Of a DNA stretch of 64,000 nt, positions 38,194-47,276 are shown piece after piece; within the stretch, counting starts at the first letter, position 1, and every line of letters starts with the position of its first letter. This DNA is from a virus (taxonomy: Duplodnaviria; Caudoviricetes). The notes beneath the pieces are model-generated. The model made no database searches and was not told the origin of the DNA. It saw only the letters and a list, made by a program, of their open reading frames with translations. Both the position numbers and the translations under genes were made by a program. The stretch is taken from IMG/VR virus record IMGVR_UViG_3300011727_000029, positions 1-64,000 of that record; one strand, 5' to 3'.

Positions 38194-38490
38194 ATGAATA
38201 CATTTCACGAAAGGTTAAAATTTGAACGTACTAAAAGAGGAATGACACAAAAAGAGTTTGGTCAAATTTTAGAGATTACACAAAGTCAAATGGCCAACAT
38301 AGAGAAAGGCATTAATAGTCTAACCGTTGATAAATTGGTTATTCTTCATAAAAAACTTGGTGTAGATTTAAATTTCCTGATAACAGGAGAGTACTTACGT
38401 TTAGACTATGGCCTTGATAAAATGGATTTTTCTCAGCTTAAAAAACTTAATGCTGATATTTTCAACGAATTAGAATCAAGAAATAATTAA
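38194..38490 (+). CDS. XRE-family HTH regulator
   Basis: RLKFERTKRGMTQKEFG..MANIEKG..LGVDLNFLITG. Confidence 0.92.
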   Translation: MNTFHERLKFERTKRGMTQKEFGQILEITQSQMANIEKGINSLTVDKLVILHKKLGVDLNFLITGEYLRLDYGLDKMDFSQLKKLNADIFNELESRNN

Positions 38491-38495
38491 TACTC

Positions 38496-38517
38496 AACTG
38501 CACAAAAACTGCACAAA
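38496..38517 (+). repeat. Left arm-type integrase sites
   Basis: AACTGCACAAA x2 in perfect tandem. Confidence 0.7.
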
Positions 38518-38586
38518 TAATTAAAATTTTTAATCAATAATAGATACTTAACATGTTGATATTGAATAGTATTTTAAGATACAAGA

Positions 38587-38605
38587 GAATCCCTCACTCT
38601 CCGCA
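38587..38605 (+). other. att core: duplicated 3' end of a tRNA-Ser
   Basis: GAATCCCTCACTCTCCGCA = T-loop end, T-stem, acceptor 3' strand, G73; no 5' half of a tRNA upstream. Confidence 0.8.
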
Positions 38606-38610
38606 AATCT

Positions 38611-38650
38611 ATCCTGAAACATAGACTGCAACCTTGTTTCAGGATTTTTT
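38611..38650 (+). terminator. Terminator downstream of tRNA 3' core
   Basis: ATCCTGAAACA-loop-TGTTTCAGGAT-TTTTT. Confidence 0.75.
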
Positions 38651-38662
38651 AAATTTCTATTC

Positions 38663-38678
38663 GCACAAAAGTGCACAA
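38663..38678 (+). repeat. Right arm-type integrase sites
   Basis: GCACAA-AAGT-GCACAA, same core and orientation as left arm. Confidence 0.65.
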
Positions 38679-38713
38679 CTTCAACTTGTTCAAGTATCGT
38701 AAATAATTACGAT

Positions 38714-39880
38714 ATGAAAAAAAACAACTGGACAGAACCTAAAATTAAAACTTATCCAATTCCTGGAAAGGATTGGTATGTATGGTTTCGCTTTAATGGC
38801 GGTAACCCTAAACGATTTTCGACAGGAATTAATGATTCTGATTCCTATGATCAAAGAATGGAGAACGCTGTTATACTACAGCAAACAATCAAATTAGAGT
38901 TGGAAGCTGGATGGAATCCTGATTTAAAAAATACAAATCAAGCAAAACCTAAGAAAGTTAAATTTTCAGATGCAATTGATTTTTCATTAGAAAAACTGAA
39001 ATTACGAGTATCAATTAAAACTTACAGGGATTATTCCGGAACATGTCGATTTGTAAAATCAGCTGCAGAAAAATTAAAGTATATTAATCTTGGTATAGAC
39101 ACAATTGAACGCTTCCATATTAAAAATATTTTTGAAACAATTCAAAGCCAACGAAAATGGTCAAATCATGCTTACAATAAAAATTTAGGATATTTTAAAT
39201 CTATTTTATCTGAATTAGTAGAATATAATTTAATTAAAGATAATCCGGCGCATGGCATTAGAACATTGAAATACGACACGCCACCTACTGAATTTCCAAC
39301 GGATAAAGAGCAATCAAAAATCATAAAACATTTACATGAAAGAAACTTTTCATTTCTCCGATTTGTAAAAGCACTTTATCAAACTGGAATTAGGCCAGCT
39401 GAATTATTAAGGTTGAAAGTTGGAGATGTAGACCTTATTAAAGATATGATTTTATTACGGCCTGAAGATGGTAAAACAAACAAATATAGATTAGTTCCGA
39501 TTAAACCTGATTTGAGAAATGATTTGGTACAAATAATTTCTTTCAATCATAGCGATGATTTGTATTTATTTGGTACACCTCGATTACATGGTGGACACTT
39601 GGATCACTCAAATATGTTTTGCCCTAATCCATATAAAATAAAGCGTGACACAGTTACTAAATACTGGAAGAAATATGTAAAAGATGAATTAGAAATTGAC
39701 AAAAAATTGTATTCACTAAAACATAAAGCTGCAAATGACATGATGTTTGATGGTGTAGATTTAGAAACCATCCAAACAATATTCGGTCATTCAAAAACTA
39801 AAACAACTGAAATTTATGCAAATCAAATAAATTTAGTGCGTTTTGAGAAAGCTAAAAAGGCTGAAAGAAAATTCATTTAA
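38714..39880 (+). CDS. int: Tyrosine recombinase / phage integrase 2
   Basis: TGIRPAELL, YSLKH, FGHSKTKTTEIY. Confidence 0.93.
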   Translation: MKKNNWTEPKIKTYPIPGKDWYVWFRFNGGNPKRFSTGINDSDSYDQRMENAVILQQTIKLELEAGWNPDLKNTNQAKPKKVKFSDAIDFSLEKLKLRVSIKTYRDYSGTCRFVKSAAEKLKYINLGIDTIERFHIKNIFETIQSQRKWSNHAYNKNLGYFKSILSELVEYNLIKDNPAHGIRTLKYDTPPTEFPTDKEQSKIIKHLHERNFSFLRFVKALYQTGIRPAELLRLKVGDVDLIKDMILLRPEDGKTNKYRLVPIKPDLRNDLVQIISFNHSDDLYLFGTPRLHGGHLDHSNMFCPNPYKIKRDTVTKYWKKYVKDELEIDKKLYSLKHKAANDMMFDGVDLETIQTIFGHSKTKTTEIYANQINLVRFEKAKKAERKFI

Positions 39881-39911
39881 TAATATCTGAATACTCTTTT
39901 AAACAATAAAT

Positions 39912-39933
39912 AAAGCTACTTTTTTGTAGCTTT
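39912..39933 (+). terminator. Terminator after int2
   Basis: AAAGCTAC-TTTTTT-GTAGCTTT. Confidence 0.7.
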
Positions 39934-39938
39934 ATTTT

Positions 39939-40229
39939 ATGATTACAAACTCTGATGCAGATAAAGTGTTTTCCCTGTTAAAATGGATTGAACCACGTTC
40001 AAGTGAAAATGTTCAGATATGGGACAATAAATACCCTATGATGTCTAATTTCGTTTATAAGGTAGAGAAATTCGGTAAAATAAAAATGCTATTCTTTCAA
40101 GTTAATAATTTATCAGAAGCTAATTTTAAAAAAATTTATAAAAAGCGACGAGAACTTTCTCATTTGGATTTCACATTAAAAAATAAAGGTGAAAAATGGA
40201 TATTAATTTGGGAGCCTAAAGTTGTATGA
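39939..40229 (+). CDS. Hypothetical protein (cargo)
   Basis: 96-aa ORF between integrase and lysis genes. Confidence 0.6.
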   Translation: MITNSDADKVFSLLKWIEPRSSENVQIWDNKYPMMSNFVYKVEKFGKIKMLFFQVNNLSEANFKKIYKKRRELSHLDFTLKNKGEKWILIWEPKVV

Positions 40230-40812
40230 ATCTTGATTTTGTAACTTTATATCCAATTAAAGACACCGTTAACAATCCAAATGCAATCCAGCCATAATAT
40301 TGTGTAGAAGTTTTTTTTATTAAATCTTCTTTTGTGTCAAGATATTGTTTTGATAGATCCTTATTTGTTTTTTCGCAATCTTTATTTGAATTTTTTAATT
40401 CAATAATATAATTTTCTAACGTTTGAATTTCAGATTTAAGTTTAGATAATTCTCTTGTATCAGCAACTTTTATCGTGTCAACCCGTTGAGTACTATTATC
40501 AATAATTTTATTTGGTGGACATTTTACAGCTGGTTTAGGATTTTCCTTTGTCGGTTTAGGACATTCAATAATTGGACCCGGAACTTCAATAGTATCAGTT
40601 TGTACAATTACATCTCCTTTTATATATTGAGTTGAAACGCGAGGAAAAGCAATATCGCAAGCATCAAGAAATTTATTCATATCACCCCGTACAATATTTA
40701 GTGATTTATTATAACGTTTTTCAGCTTGTTTCTGACTTGCACACGACCATAATGTTAAAGTCAACAAAAAGGTAAGAAACAAGATAATTCTTTGTGGAAT
40801 ATTATTTCTCAT
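40216..40812 (-). CDS. Unimolecular spanin-like lipoprotein
   Basis: Lipobox LWSC, Pro-rich linker, coiled coil, C-terminal TM. Confidence 0.72.
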   Translation of the reverse strand: MRNNIPQRIILFLTFLLTLTLWSCASQKQAEKRYNKSLNIVRGDMNKFLDACDIAFPRVSTQYIKGDVIVQTDTIEVPGPIIECPKPTKENPKPAVKCPPNKIIDNSTQRVDTIKVADTRELSKLKSEIQTLENYIIELKNSNKDCEKTNKDLSKQYLDTKEDLIKKTSTQYYGWIAFGLLTVSLIGYKVTKSRFIQL

Positions 40813-40813
40813 A

Positions 40814-41473
40814 TTACTTAGTTAAGAGTTTATAAAAATATTGAGTTCGTTCGTAACGTAAATCAGCGTGCATCATTGCTTTGCCGTTAATGGCAAGCGT
40901 AACAGCATCGCAAGATTTACGAGTAATATCTTTCATTTTAGCAAAGACATTATTTGATTTTAAGTAAAATAAAAACGCTTCGAAATAGTATTTCTCCCAA
41001 ACAATATCCGGATTAGTCATAATACTTTGATCTTTCAAGTGATTTGCTAGTTCTTGATGCTCATATCTACCGGTAGTTTGCCCGGCAGCATTTCCACGAA
41101 ACAACCAACCATCACCTATTTTCACATTACCTAACTTATAACCAGGACGACGATTTTTATCGTCATAAACTTTGTTGAAGATAGTTTTTTGACGTTCGAT
41201 AGGTAAAATTTTTTCATTTACTTTTCGTCCATCCTGAAAGGCTTCATGTGGTCTATCTCTGTAATATGAAAAAGTTGAACGTAATCCAGCAACCGAATAA
41301 TTTCCACTTTCTCTTTTTAGTTTAAAGAAATCACTTTCGACGGATCCTTGACCAAGAAAATGAGCAGTTTCAATATTTGACATTTTAAAAACTTCACGCA
41401 TTTTTTTTGCGGTTTTTTCACCTAATTTTCCATCAGGAAGTAAACCATTATTTTTTTGAAAATCTATTAACAT
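40814..41473 (-). CDS. Endolysin, GH19 with N-terminal peptidoglycan-binding motif
   Basis: FQKNNGLLPDGKLG; AHFLGQGSVES; GDGWLFRG..QTTGR; VTLAING. Confidence 0.88.
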   Translation of the reverse strand: MLIDFQKNNGLLPDGKLGEKTAKKMREVFKMSNIETAHFLGQGSVESDFFKLKRESGNYSVAGLRSTFSYYRDRPHEAFQDGRKVNEKILPIERQKTIFNKVYDDKNRRPGYKLGNVKIGDGWLFRGNAAGQTTGRYEHQELANHLKDQSIMTNPDIVWEKYYFEAFLFYLKSNNVFAKMKDITRKSCDAVTLAINGKAMMHADLRYERTQYFYKLLTK

Positions 41474-41943
41474 TACAATATCTCTTTTTGACGTTTTAAT
41501 TTTCTCTCTTCAATCTTTTTTTGTTCATCACTATCATAATGATACATAGGATTATCTTTTAATTGAGCTGTCAAAAAACGATGAAATCGGATAATGAAAA
41601 CTCTTGAGAATGTTGAAGATTTATCAACTGCAATAGCATTTTCTAATATTGAAATCAATTCAATATAAATCATTAATATTACAACTCCGTTTTGCAACCA
41701 GCTTGAATACTCATTAAACCATTCATTTGATTTATCAAATCGCATTAAATTAATAAGGAAAACAACTACAATAATTGCAGAAAAGTATTGTATAATTTTT
41801 TTTATCGTTTTTCTAAAAGCTTCTGAACTTCGATTCACTTTAAGAAATTTTGCTTTTGCAAAGCCTGTTGCAAAATCAAATACCATTGCTAGTGTTAATG
41901 CAATAAATAGTATCCAATTCGGGTATAAAAAAATTTGATTCAT
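41473..41943 (-). CDS. Holin
   Basis: DFATG..SSEAFRK..ELISILENA with TM segments. Confidence 0.85.
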   Translation of the reverse strand: MNQIFLYPNWILFIALTLAMVFDFATGFAKAKFLKVNRSSEAFRKTIKKIIQYFSAIIVVVFLINLMRFDKSNEWFNEYSSWLQNGVVILMIYIELISILENAIAVDKSSTFSRVFIIRFHRFLTAQLKDNPMYHYDSDEQKKIEERKLKRQKEIL

Positions 41944-41950
41944 AAGTTAG

Positions 41951-42307
41951 TTACACATTTTCGTTAATTGAATTGATACAATGATTTTTATCTATTGTAT
42001 CAAGTATTTTTGTTAGAATATTTCCAGCAATTGTTAACGTATCGTCGCGTTTATTTTTCCCTAATACGCTCGAAATGGTTTCGTTTATATTTCCGTGTTG
42101 GTAGCCTTTTTCAGTAACAAACCAAGTATTAAACAATGATCTATATTGAGAGTTTCCGAAGCGGTCAATTGCAATTGCTTCATTTCTGAAATAGCCGTTT
42201 AATCGTTTCCATGAAAATTTTGTTTTAATAAAAATTACATAAATGAAATTAATAGGTTCAACAGCTATATACAGTAATTTTGCGAGGATGACTAATACAA
42301 AATTCAT
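41951..42307 (-). CDS. Conserved phage protein upstream of holin
   Basis: AIAIDRFGN..ETISSVLGKN..LDTIDKNHCINSI. Confidence 0.75.
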   Translation of the reverse strand: MNFVLVILAKLLYIAVEPINFIYVIFIKTKFSWKRLNGYFRNEAIAIDRFGNSQYRSLFNTWFVTEKGYQHGNINETISSVLGKNKRDDTLTIAGNILTKILDTIDKNHCINSINENV

Positions 42308-42693
42308 TCGTCAAATCGTTTTAATTCCGAGTCATCGTTTAAGATTCCTTGTTTCAAAATAGGTTCTAAAGCTTGTAAAATCAATGTTTGGTAAGCATCA
42401 AATGCGTTTACTTTTATAACATTTTCATCTTCATCCAAAACTGGTTGATTCTGATTATTTCTTTTTTTGATTTGATAATCATTGGAAACTATCCAGTCTT
42501 TAACTTCTCGAGTGAACTCAGGTAAAAGAGTTCTTACTCCATCTACAGCTTTAAAATGCTCTATTCTTGCTGAAATAGGCATTTGTTTTACATCCATATT
42601 ATCTGCAGCTCTATAAACAACTACATCACGTTCTAAATCTTCTAAAACAGGATGATTACTAATTTTTTGTCTTACTTCGTACATAATTTCCAT
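42304..42693 (-). CDS. Hypothetical protein (possible tail fibre chaperone)
   Basis: Directly after tail fibre. Confidence 0.6.
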   Translation of the reverse strand: MEIMYEVRQKISNHPVLEDLERDVVVYRAADNMDVKQMPISARIEHFKAVDGVRTLLPEFTREVKDWIVSNDYQIKKRNNQNQPVLDEDENVIKVNAFDAYQTLILQALEPILKQGILNDDSELKRFDE

Positions 42694-42710
42694 TGGTAGT
42701 AGTTTTTATT

Positions 42711-44555
42711 TTAATTGAATTTAAATGCTTTTACTATTTGTCCTGAACACGTATCAGTAACACCAATTAGCTGTGCAGATAATCTATATCCAGAATTATT
42801 AGAAATATTTACAACACCAGTTTGAACACCATCAGTAACAGTTACAACATTAGATATTTTAGTAAAAGATATTGTAATAGCCTGTGAACTTGTAGATGTA
42901 CTATTACCTCTTGCTATAGGAGAATTAGGATTTACTTTAGTAAATAATACTTGACCGCCGCCAGACTTGTTATATCCAAAGAAATGAAATGGTAAAAACT
43001 CTAAACTATTTTCTGTCGTTGAATAACATAACCCCATTCTGAATATGTCATTTAGTGACAGATTTGCTGTACCAGTGTTTATTAATAATTCGATATAAAA
43101 ATCTTCACCAGCATTAAATAATATGGAACTTAAGAGTGAAGTTGAAGGTAATGTTTTAGTTGACGAAACGACTGAATCAAGTAAAAAATTTCGTTTAGAA
43201 CCATAACTTCTATCTGTTGTTACAATTGCTGTATCTACTACTTTGCTCCAAGTGACTAAATCAAAATCTATATTAGTAACCTCATTTACAATGGTGAAAT
43301 TTAAAGTTGTAATATAAGTCTTTACCCCACTTGTAATTTTTAATTTAAAACTCCCGGTATTTAACGAGTAAAAATTGTAAAAAAATACTAACGACAGTCC
43401 ATCGGACATTAGTTGAACTTGAGAGTTAGGCACTGTCGCTAATTCTACAGAATCCGAAGCTCTCAGTATCTTAATAGACATGTCTGTTACATTAAGATTT
43501 AAGTTCGCCCCTCTTAATACGATGTAATTGTTATTGTTTTCCTTTTGAAATAAAGGTGGTGAAATCATGTTGACAGATATTGCTCCAGCACTTCCTTGAC
43601 CTCCATTTAAGAGCTGTCCTAATTCCGTAGATTCAGCAATCGTACATTGTGTCAGAAAATTTTTAAAAGCAAAAAACGGCTTTGATGCTTTTGCTAAATT
43701 CCCATTGCTGTCTAAAACTGGAAAAGTATTATAAGTCGCATCTGTACTTTTATCAACTAATCCCGAAAAACGTTGACTTGCATTTGTCCAGTTTGTCGGT
43801 TTCGAGAAAATATCTTGAATGTCTGAGGTAAGCGCTAATGAGCCTGATTTAGATTGAAATTTTTGGATATTACGATTTTCAATTAAATCATCACATATAA
43901 TATCTAAAATTTTAACATTTGGATTTGAACTTTGAAAACTAATTCCTATGTTATTTGTACCGCTGAATAATACTTTATCTACCTTATTTGTTGTTGCAGA
44001 TAAATCATTATTCATATACATTATATAATCTTTGTCAATTGTTACACCTTTAGTAGCGTATGATGTAGAAAAATTTTTCCCTACTTGAAATTGATTTTGT
44101 GTTTTGTTATTCTCCTCCAAAACACTATTAAGGTCGATTGATACATTCTTATTCTCATCAGGAGCAGTATCATTTACAGTGCTTATTTTTCCAAAATCAT
44201 CAAAATTGTAAACATGATACGTGTTATTATCCAAATCTCCAATAACAATAGTATTTGTATTTGAATTATAATAAATTTTATTTTCTATACCATTGTTTAA
44301 AATATCTTGTAATTCCTCATCTGAGAAATAATATTTAATATAATTATTTACATCAAACATTACTTCGTTAGAATTTTCCATTAATTTCTTAATGAAAGAA
44401 GTATTTTCATCAAGAAATTTTACAATTTTATTTAATTCTTCAGCTTGAAGATATTCATTAGGATCTTCACCTTGAGGAATATCATTTTTATCATGATGTT
44501 CTGCTATTCCGGTAGGAATTCTAGATTCTATTTCTTGTTCGTTAAACTCTCTCAT
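42711..44555 (-). CDS. Tail fibre protein
   Basis: STVNDTAPDENKNV and SLALTSDI fibre motifs; beta-rich C-terminus. Confidence 0.7.
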   Translation of the reverse strand: MREFNEQEIESRIPTGIAEHHDKNDIPQGEDPNEYLQAEELNKIVKFLDENTSFIKKLMENSNEVMFDVNNYIKYYFSDEELQDILNNGIENKIYYNSNTNTIVIGDLDNNTYHVYNFDDFGKISTVNDTAPDENKNVSIDLNSVLEENNKTQNQFQVGKNFSTSYATKGVTIDKDYIMYMNNDLSATTNKVDKVLFSGTNNIGISFQSSNPNVKILDIICDDLIENRNIQKFQSKSGSLALTSDIQDIFSKPTNWTNASQRFSGLVDKSTDATYNTFPVLDSNGNLAKASKPFFAFKNFLTQCTIAESTELGQLLNGGQGSAGAISVNMISPPLFQKENNNNYIVLRGANLNLNVTDMSIKILRASDSVELATVPNSQVQLMSDGLSLVFFYNFYSLNTGSFKLKITSGVKTYITTLNFTIVNEVTNIDFDLVTWSKVVDTAIVTTDRSYGSKRNFLLDSVVSSTKTLPSTSLLSSILFNAGEDFYIELLINTGTANLSLNDIFRMGLCYSTTENSLEFLPFHFFGYNKSGGGQVLFTKVNPNSPIARGNSTSTSSQAITISFTKISNVVTVTDGVQTGVVNISNNSGYRLSAQLIGVTDTCSGQIVKAFKFN

Positions 44556-44920
44556 TTCTTGAATAATTTTGTTATGAAAAATAAATTAAATACAGTTTGT
44601 AAAGGCACTTGAATGAAATACCAAATCACATAAATAAATATTGGAAAGTGTAAGTCATATTGCATACTTACACCAACCAATAAAAACCAAAATGCAACAA
44701 ATGAAACAAGATGAGAAAAACACAGTTCGCAGAATCCAAATATTTTTGAAAGAAACAATCCTTTTTTTGTTCCTGATACGTCCCATTTTCTTAATTTGTC
44801 TTGCCAATTAAAAAGCAAATCCAACCATTGTCCTTTTTGAATTGACATAAACAAGATAAAGCTAAACGATGCTACACCTAATAAATAAAATATGATTAAT
44901 AATGTAATTTCTAAAAACAT
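44552..44920 (-). CDS. Membrane protein
   Basis: Three hydrophobic segments, GFCELC motif. Confidence 0.7.
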   Translation of the reverse strand: MFLEITLLIIFYLLGVASFSFILFMSIQKGQWLDLLFNWQDKLRKWDVSGTKKGLFLSKIFGFCELCFSHLVSFVAFWFLLVGVSMQYDLHFPIFIYVIWYFIQVPLQTVFNLFFITKLFKK

Positions 44921-45183
44921 GATTTGTAAGTTTTAAAGGAATAAAAACCTTCTATTTTGTTATTTGGATTAAAAACTTGAATTAAGTAGGTATAATCTTC
45001 ATTCAAGTTTTTTTCTATTATTATTTCTTGACCTATCTCGTATTCTTTTTTTATAACATCTGTTATACCCATGAAATGAATTTCAATTCTCCAAGTTCCT
45101 GGTATATCTATTTTAATACCTGTATTAACCGGTTCACAGGAATTAAAACACCCAAGTTTTATAATGTTATTACTACATTTCAT
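44911..45183 (-). CDS. Hypothetical protein
   Basis: ATG 45183 with ATGA overlap. Confidence 0.65.
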   Translation of the reverse strand: MKCSNNIIKLGCFNSCEPVNTGIKIDIPGTWRIEIHFMGITDVIKKEYEIGQEIIIEKNLNEDYTYLIQVFNPNNKIEGFYSFKTYKSCF

Positions 45184-45719
45184 AAACAATCTATACAAGG
45201 ATTACACTTAACACAATCTCTGTCATTAGGCTGAAAGATTTCAAATATTGTGAATGAAATTTTCACTAATGATCTATCACCGATTCGTGATAATATATTT
45301 TTTTGAGCATCAATATTTAAAAATGAATATTCAGATTTTATAACCTTTTCATTTGTAATAAATGCTTTATTGATTTCGATTTCATTATTTGTCCCCAATG
45401 AATTAAGCAAGCATTTCAATAATTCATTTGGATCAGCATTTGCAACATTTGCAACAAAAACAATAGGATTACTCAATTCAATGTTTGGAATATGGTCAAT
45501 AATTCTATCTCTTGATTTAGATACTTTTATATCTCCATCATTTCTCAAGTAGAAATAATTTCCAAAACGATCATCTATACCATAAGAAATTGATGTATTT
45601 TCTTTATATGAAACCAATCTTTCAGCTGTATAATCCATAAATAAATCTGAAAATCCATTATTAAAGAATTTCATTTTTTCTAAGATTTCATTTTTTATTT
45701 CTACCTGGGTAACGCTCAT
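45180..45719 (-). CDS. Probable neck/tail terminator protein
   Basis: Position after tail completion gene; Cys-rich end. Confidence 0.5.
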   Translation of the reverse strand: MSVTQVEIKNEILEKMKFFNNGFSDLFMDYTAERLVSYKENTSISYGIDDRFGNYFYLRNDGDIKVSKSRDRIIDHIPNIELSNPIVFVANVANADPNELLKCLLNSLGTNNEIEINKAFITNEKVIKSEYSFLNIDAQKNILSRIGDRSLVKISFTIFEIFQPNDRDCVKCNPCIDCL

Positions 45720-46240
45720 AATTGAAAAGTTTTTCTTAACGCCAATGCAACTTGCTTTTGTATTATTTGTTTTTCTTCATTTGAAAATTGAAAAATTATT
45801 TTTCCATATTTATTTTCAAGTTTTTCAGATTTTTCAGCATTCTCAGTACTATTGAAACCTATAATAAAGCCATTCTTAAGATTCTTATATTTTATAGAGT
45901 TTTTTAATTCTCCGGAATAAAGTAAGTTCACTGAATCACTTTTTAATCCTTGAACCTGTTTAAGTTCTTTATAACCATTTTTTAAAGTCATTGACTTTCC
46001 TTTTTTACTTGTTGGAACAAAAGCTGACTTTTTAATAAATTGCTGCTCTGTTACATTTATGGTTTTAGTTGAATATTCTCCAATTTCATTTTCGTTAGAA
46101 TCCAAACCTTTAGTGAATATTCTATTTCTATAAGATGTAGTTATTGATTCCGCAATCTCAGGATATACATTCTCATTCAATTGTTCAGGTAAACTATCTT
46201 TTAAATATTGAATTCTATTTATGTAATCCTGTATTTCCAT
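45716..46240 (-). CDS. Neck/tail completion protein
   Basis: RIFTKGLDS..IGEYS..VNLLYSGELKNSI. Confidence 0.65.
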   Translation of the reverse strand: MEIQDYINRIQYLKDSLPEQLNENVYPEIAESITTSYRNRIFTKGLDSNENEIGEYSTKTINVTEQQFIKKSAFVPTSKKGKSMTLKNGYKELKQVQGLKSDSVNLLYSGELKNSIKYKNLKNGFIIGFNSTENAEKSEKLENKYGKIIFQFSNEEKQIIQKQVALALRKTFQL

Positions 46241-47205
46241 TACACATTAACTACTATTTTTACTTTTTGGCAATCGATACAATCAGTATCGTTGATTAAT
46301 AAATTTGGTACGCTTTCAACAAAAGCATTCCAAGTTTCGCGGTATTCATTTTCAAGTTCAATAGATAATTTTTCCGCTTCATCACGTCCGTAAATAATGA
46401 ATGAATTGATTCTATCATTATGGATGCGTTCTTTCAATATATTTGCACGTGTTTTAAGAAAAATAATCTTTCCTACATACGATTTAGAGTATCGACAAAG
46501 TAGACTTTCATAATCGCATTCACACGTAAATACTGCATTTATTCCGAATCCCTCGCGCTGCACTTCATTTCCGTTATTATACCCTTTTACAAATCCGCAT
46601 TCGTTTGGTATTGTTCCATTACAACCTACTAGACAGGTTAGATTTGATGCGTATGTGGAAATATTTTTTAAGTAAATATTGACACTTGAATTTTCAATTC
46701 TGTGATTGATTGAAAACTTATTTATTTTTCCCCCGATTAATTGAATAGGAATTTCTTTTGTTTCTTGACCATCTTCAATGAATAGGATTGTAGAATCATG
46801 ATCATCCATAGGGTAAATTAAAACAGACTGAATAATTAGCTTTTTTATGCTGTCAGGACGAATATTTTTTAAATTCCTATGAATAGTGATTCCTTGATCA
46901 TTATTTGCTGTATTCGTATAACCGTTGTTAAATTCACCTGTAGAAATTGAATTATTGTAAATCTTAGTGATAAGATTATTAGTATTCAACAAAGCAATAA
47001 AATCATTTGTAACATCACGAGTAGCAAACTTTAATTGTTCTTTAAGAAATTCATACCCATTCGGATTATCAGAACCTGCAATTTGTGAAATGTTTGATTT
47101 ATTCAATTCCGGTGCATCTAGAATATCATAACCACTTGTACTTAATTCTTTAATTTCAGAACATGGATTAGAAACAGAAACTATATTTGATAAACAGCTA
47201 TTCAT
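46240..47205 (-). CDS. Probable head-tail connector/adaptor
   Basis: Follows capsid; ATG 47205 (MNSCLS). Confidence 0.55.
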   Translation of the reverse strand: MNSCLSNIVSVSNPCSEIKELSTSGYDILDAPELNKSNISQIAGSDNPNGYEFLKEQLKFATRDVTNDFIALLNTNNLITKIYNNSISTGEFNNGYTNTANNDQGITIHRNLKNIRPDSIKKLIIQSVLIYPMDDHDSTILFIEDGQETKEIPIQLIGGKINKFSINHRIENSSVNIYLKNISTYASNLTCLVGCNGTIPNECGFVKGYNNGNEVQREGFGINAVFTCECDYESLLCRYSKSYVGKIIFLKTRANILKERIHNDRINSFIIYGRDEAEKLSIELENEYRETWNAFVESVPNLLINDTDCIDCQKVKIVVNV

Positions 47206-47220
47206 TATTATTTTAATTAA

Positions 47221-47256
47221 AAAACCCGCCCTTTTCCACAAAGGTTTTAGGCGGGC
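47221..47256 (-). terminator. Terminator after capsid gene
   Basis: CCCGCC...GGCGGG followed by TTTT on minus strand. Confidence 0.65.
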
Positions 47257-47276
47257 AAATCAACACTATTATATTA

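Larger units (their letters stand above)
1..38586. mobile_element. Prophage 1 (temperate, siphovirus-like); left boundary outside window
   Basis: Integrase, lysis, tail, head, terminase, replication and cI/cro modules in one contiguous block ending at a tRNA-Ser 3' core. Confidence 0.92.

Noticed and set aside
38560-38605. Complete tRNA-Ser gene
   Set aside because: Only the last 19 nt are tRNA-like; there is no D arm, anticodon arm or 5' acceptor strand
7200-44555. Diversity-generating retroelement or invertible shufflon acting on the tail fibres
   Set aside because: No reverse transcriptase, no TR/VR pair, no invertase or inverted crossover repeats seen
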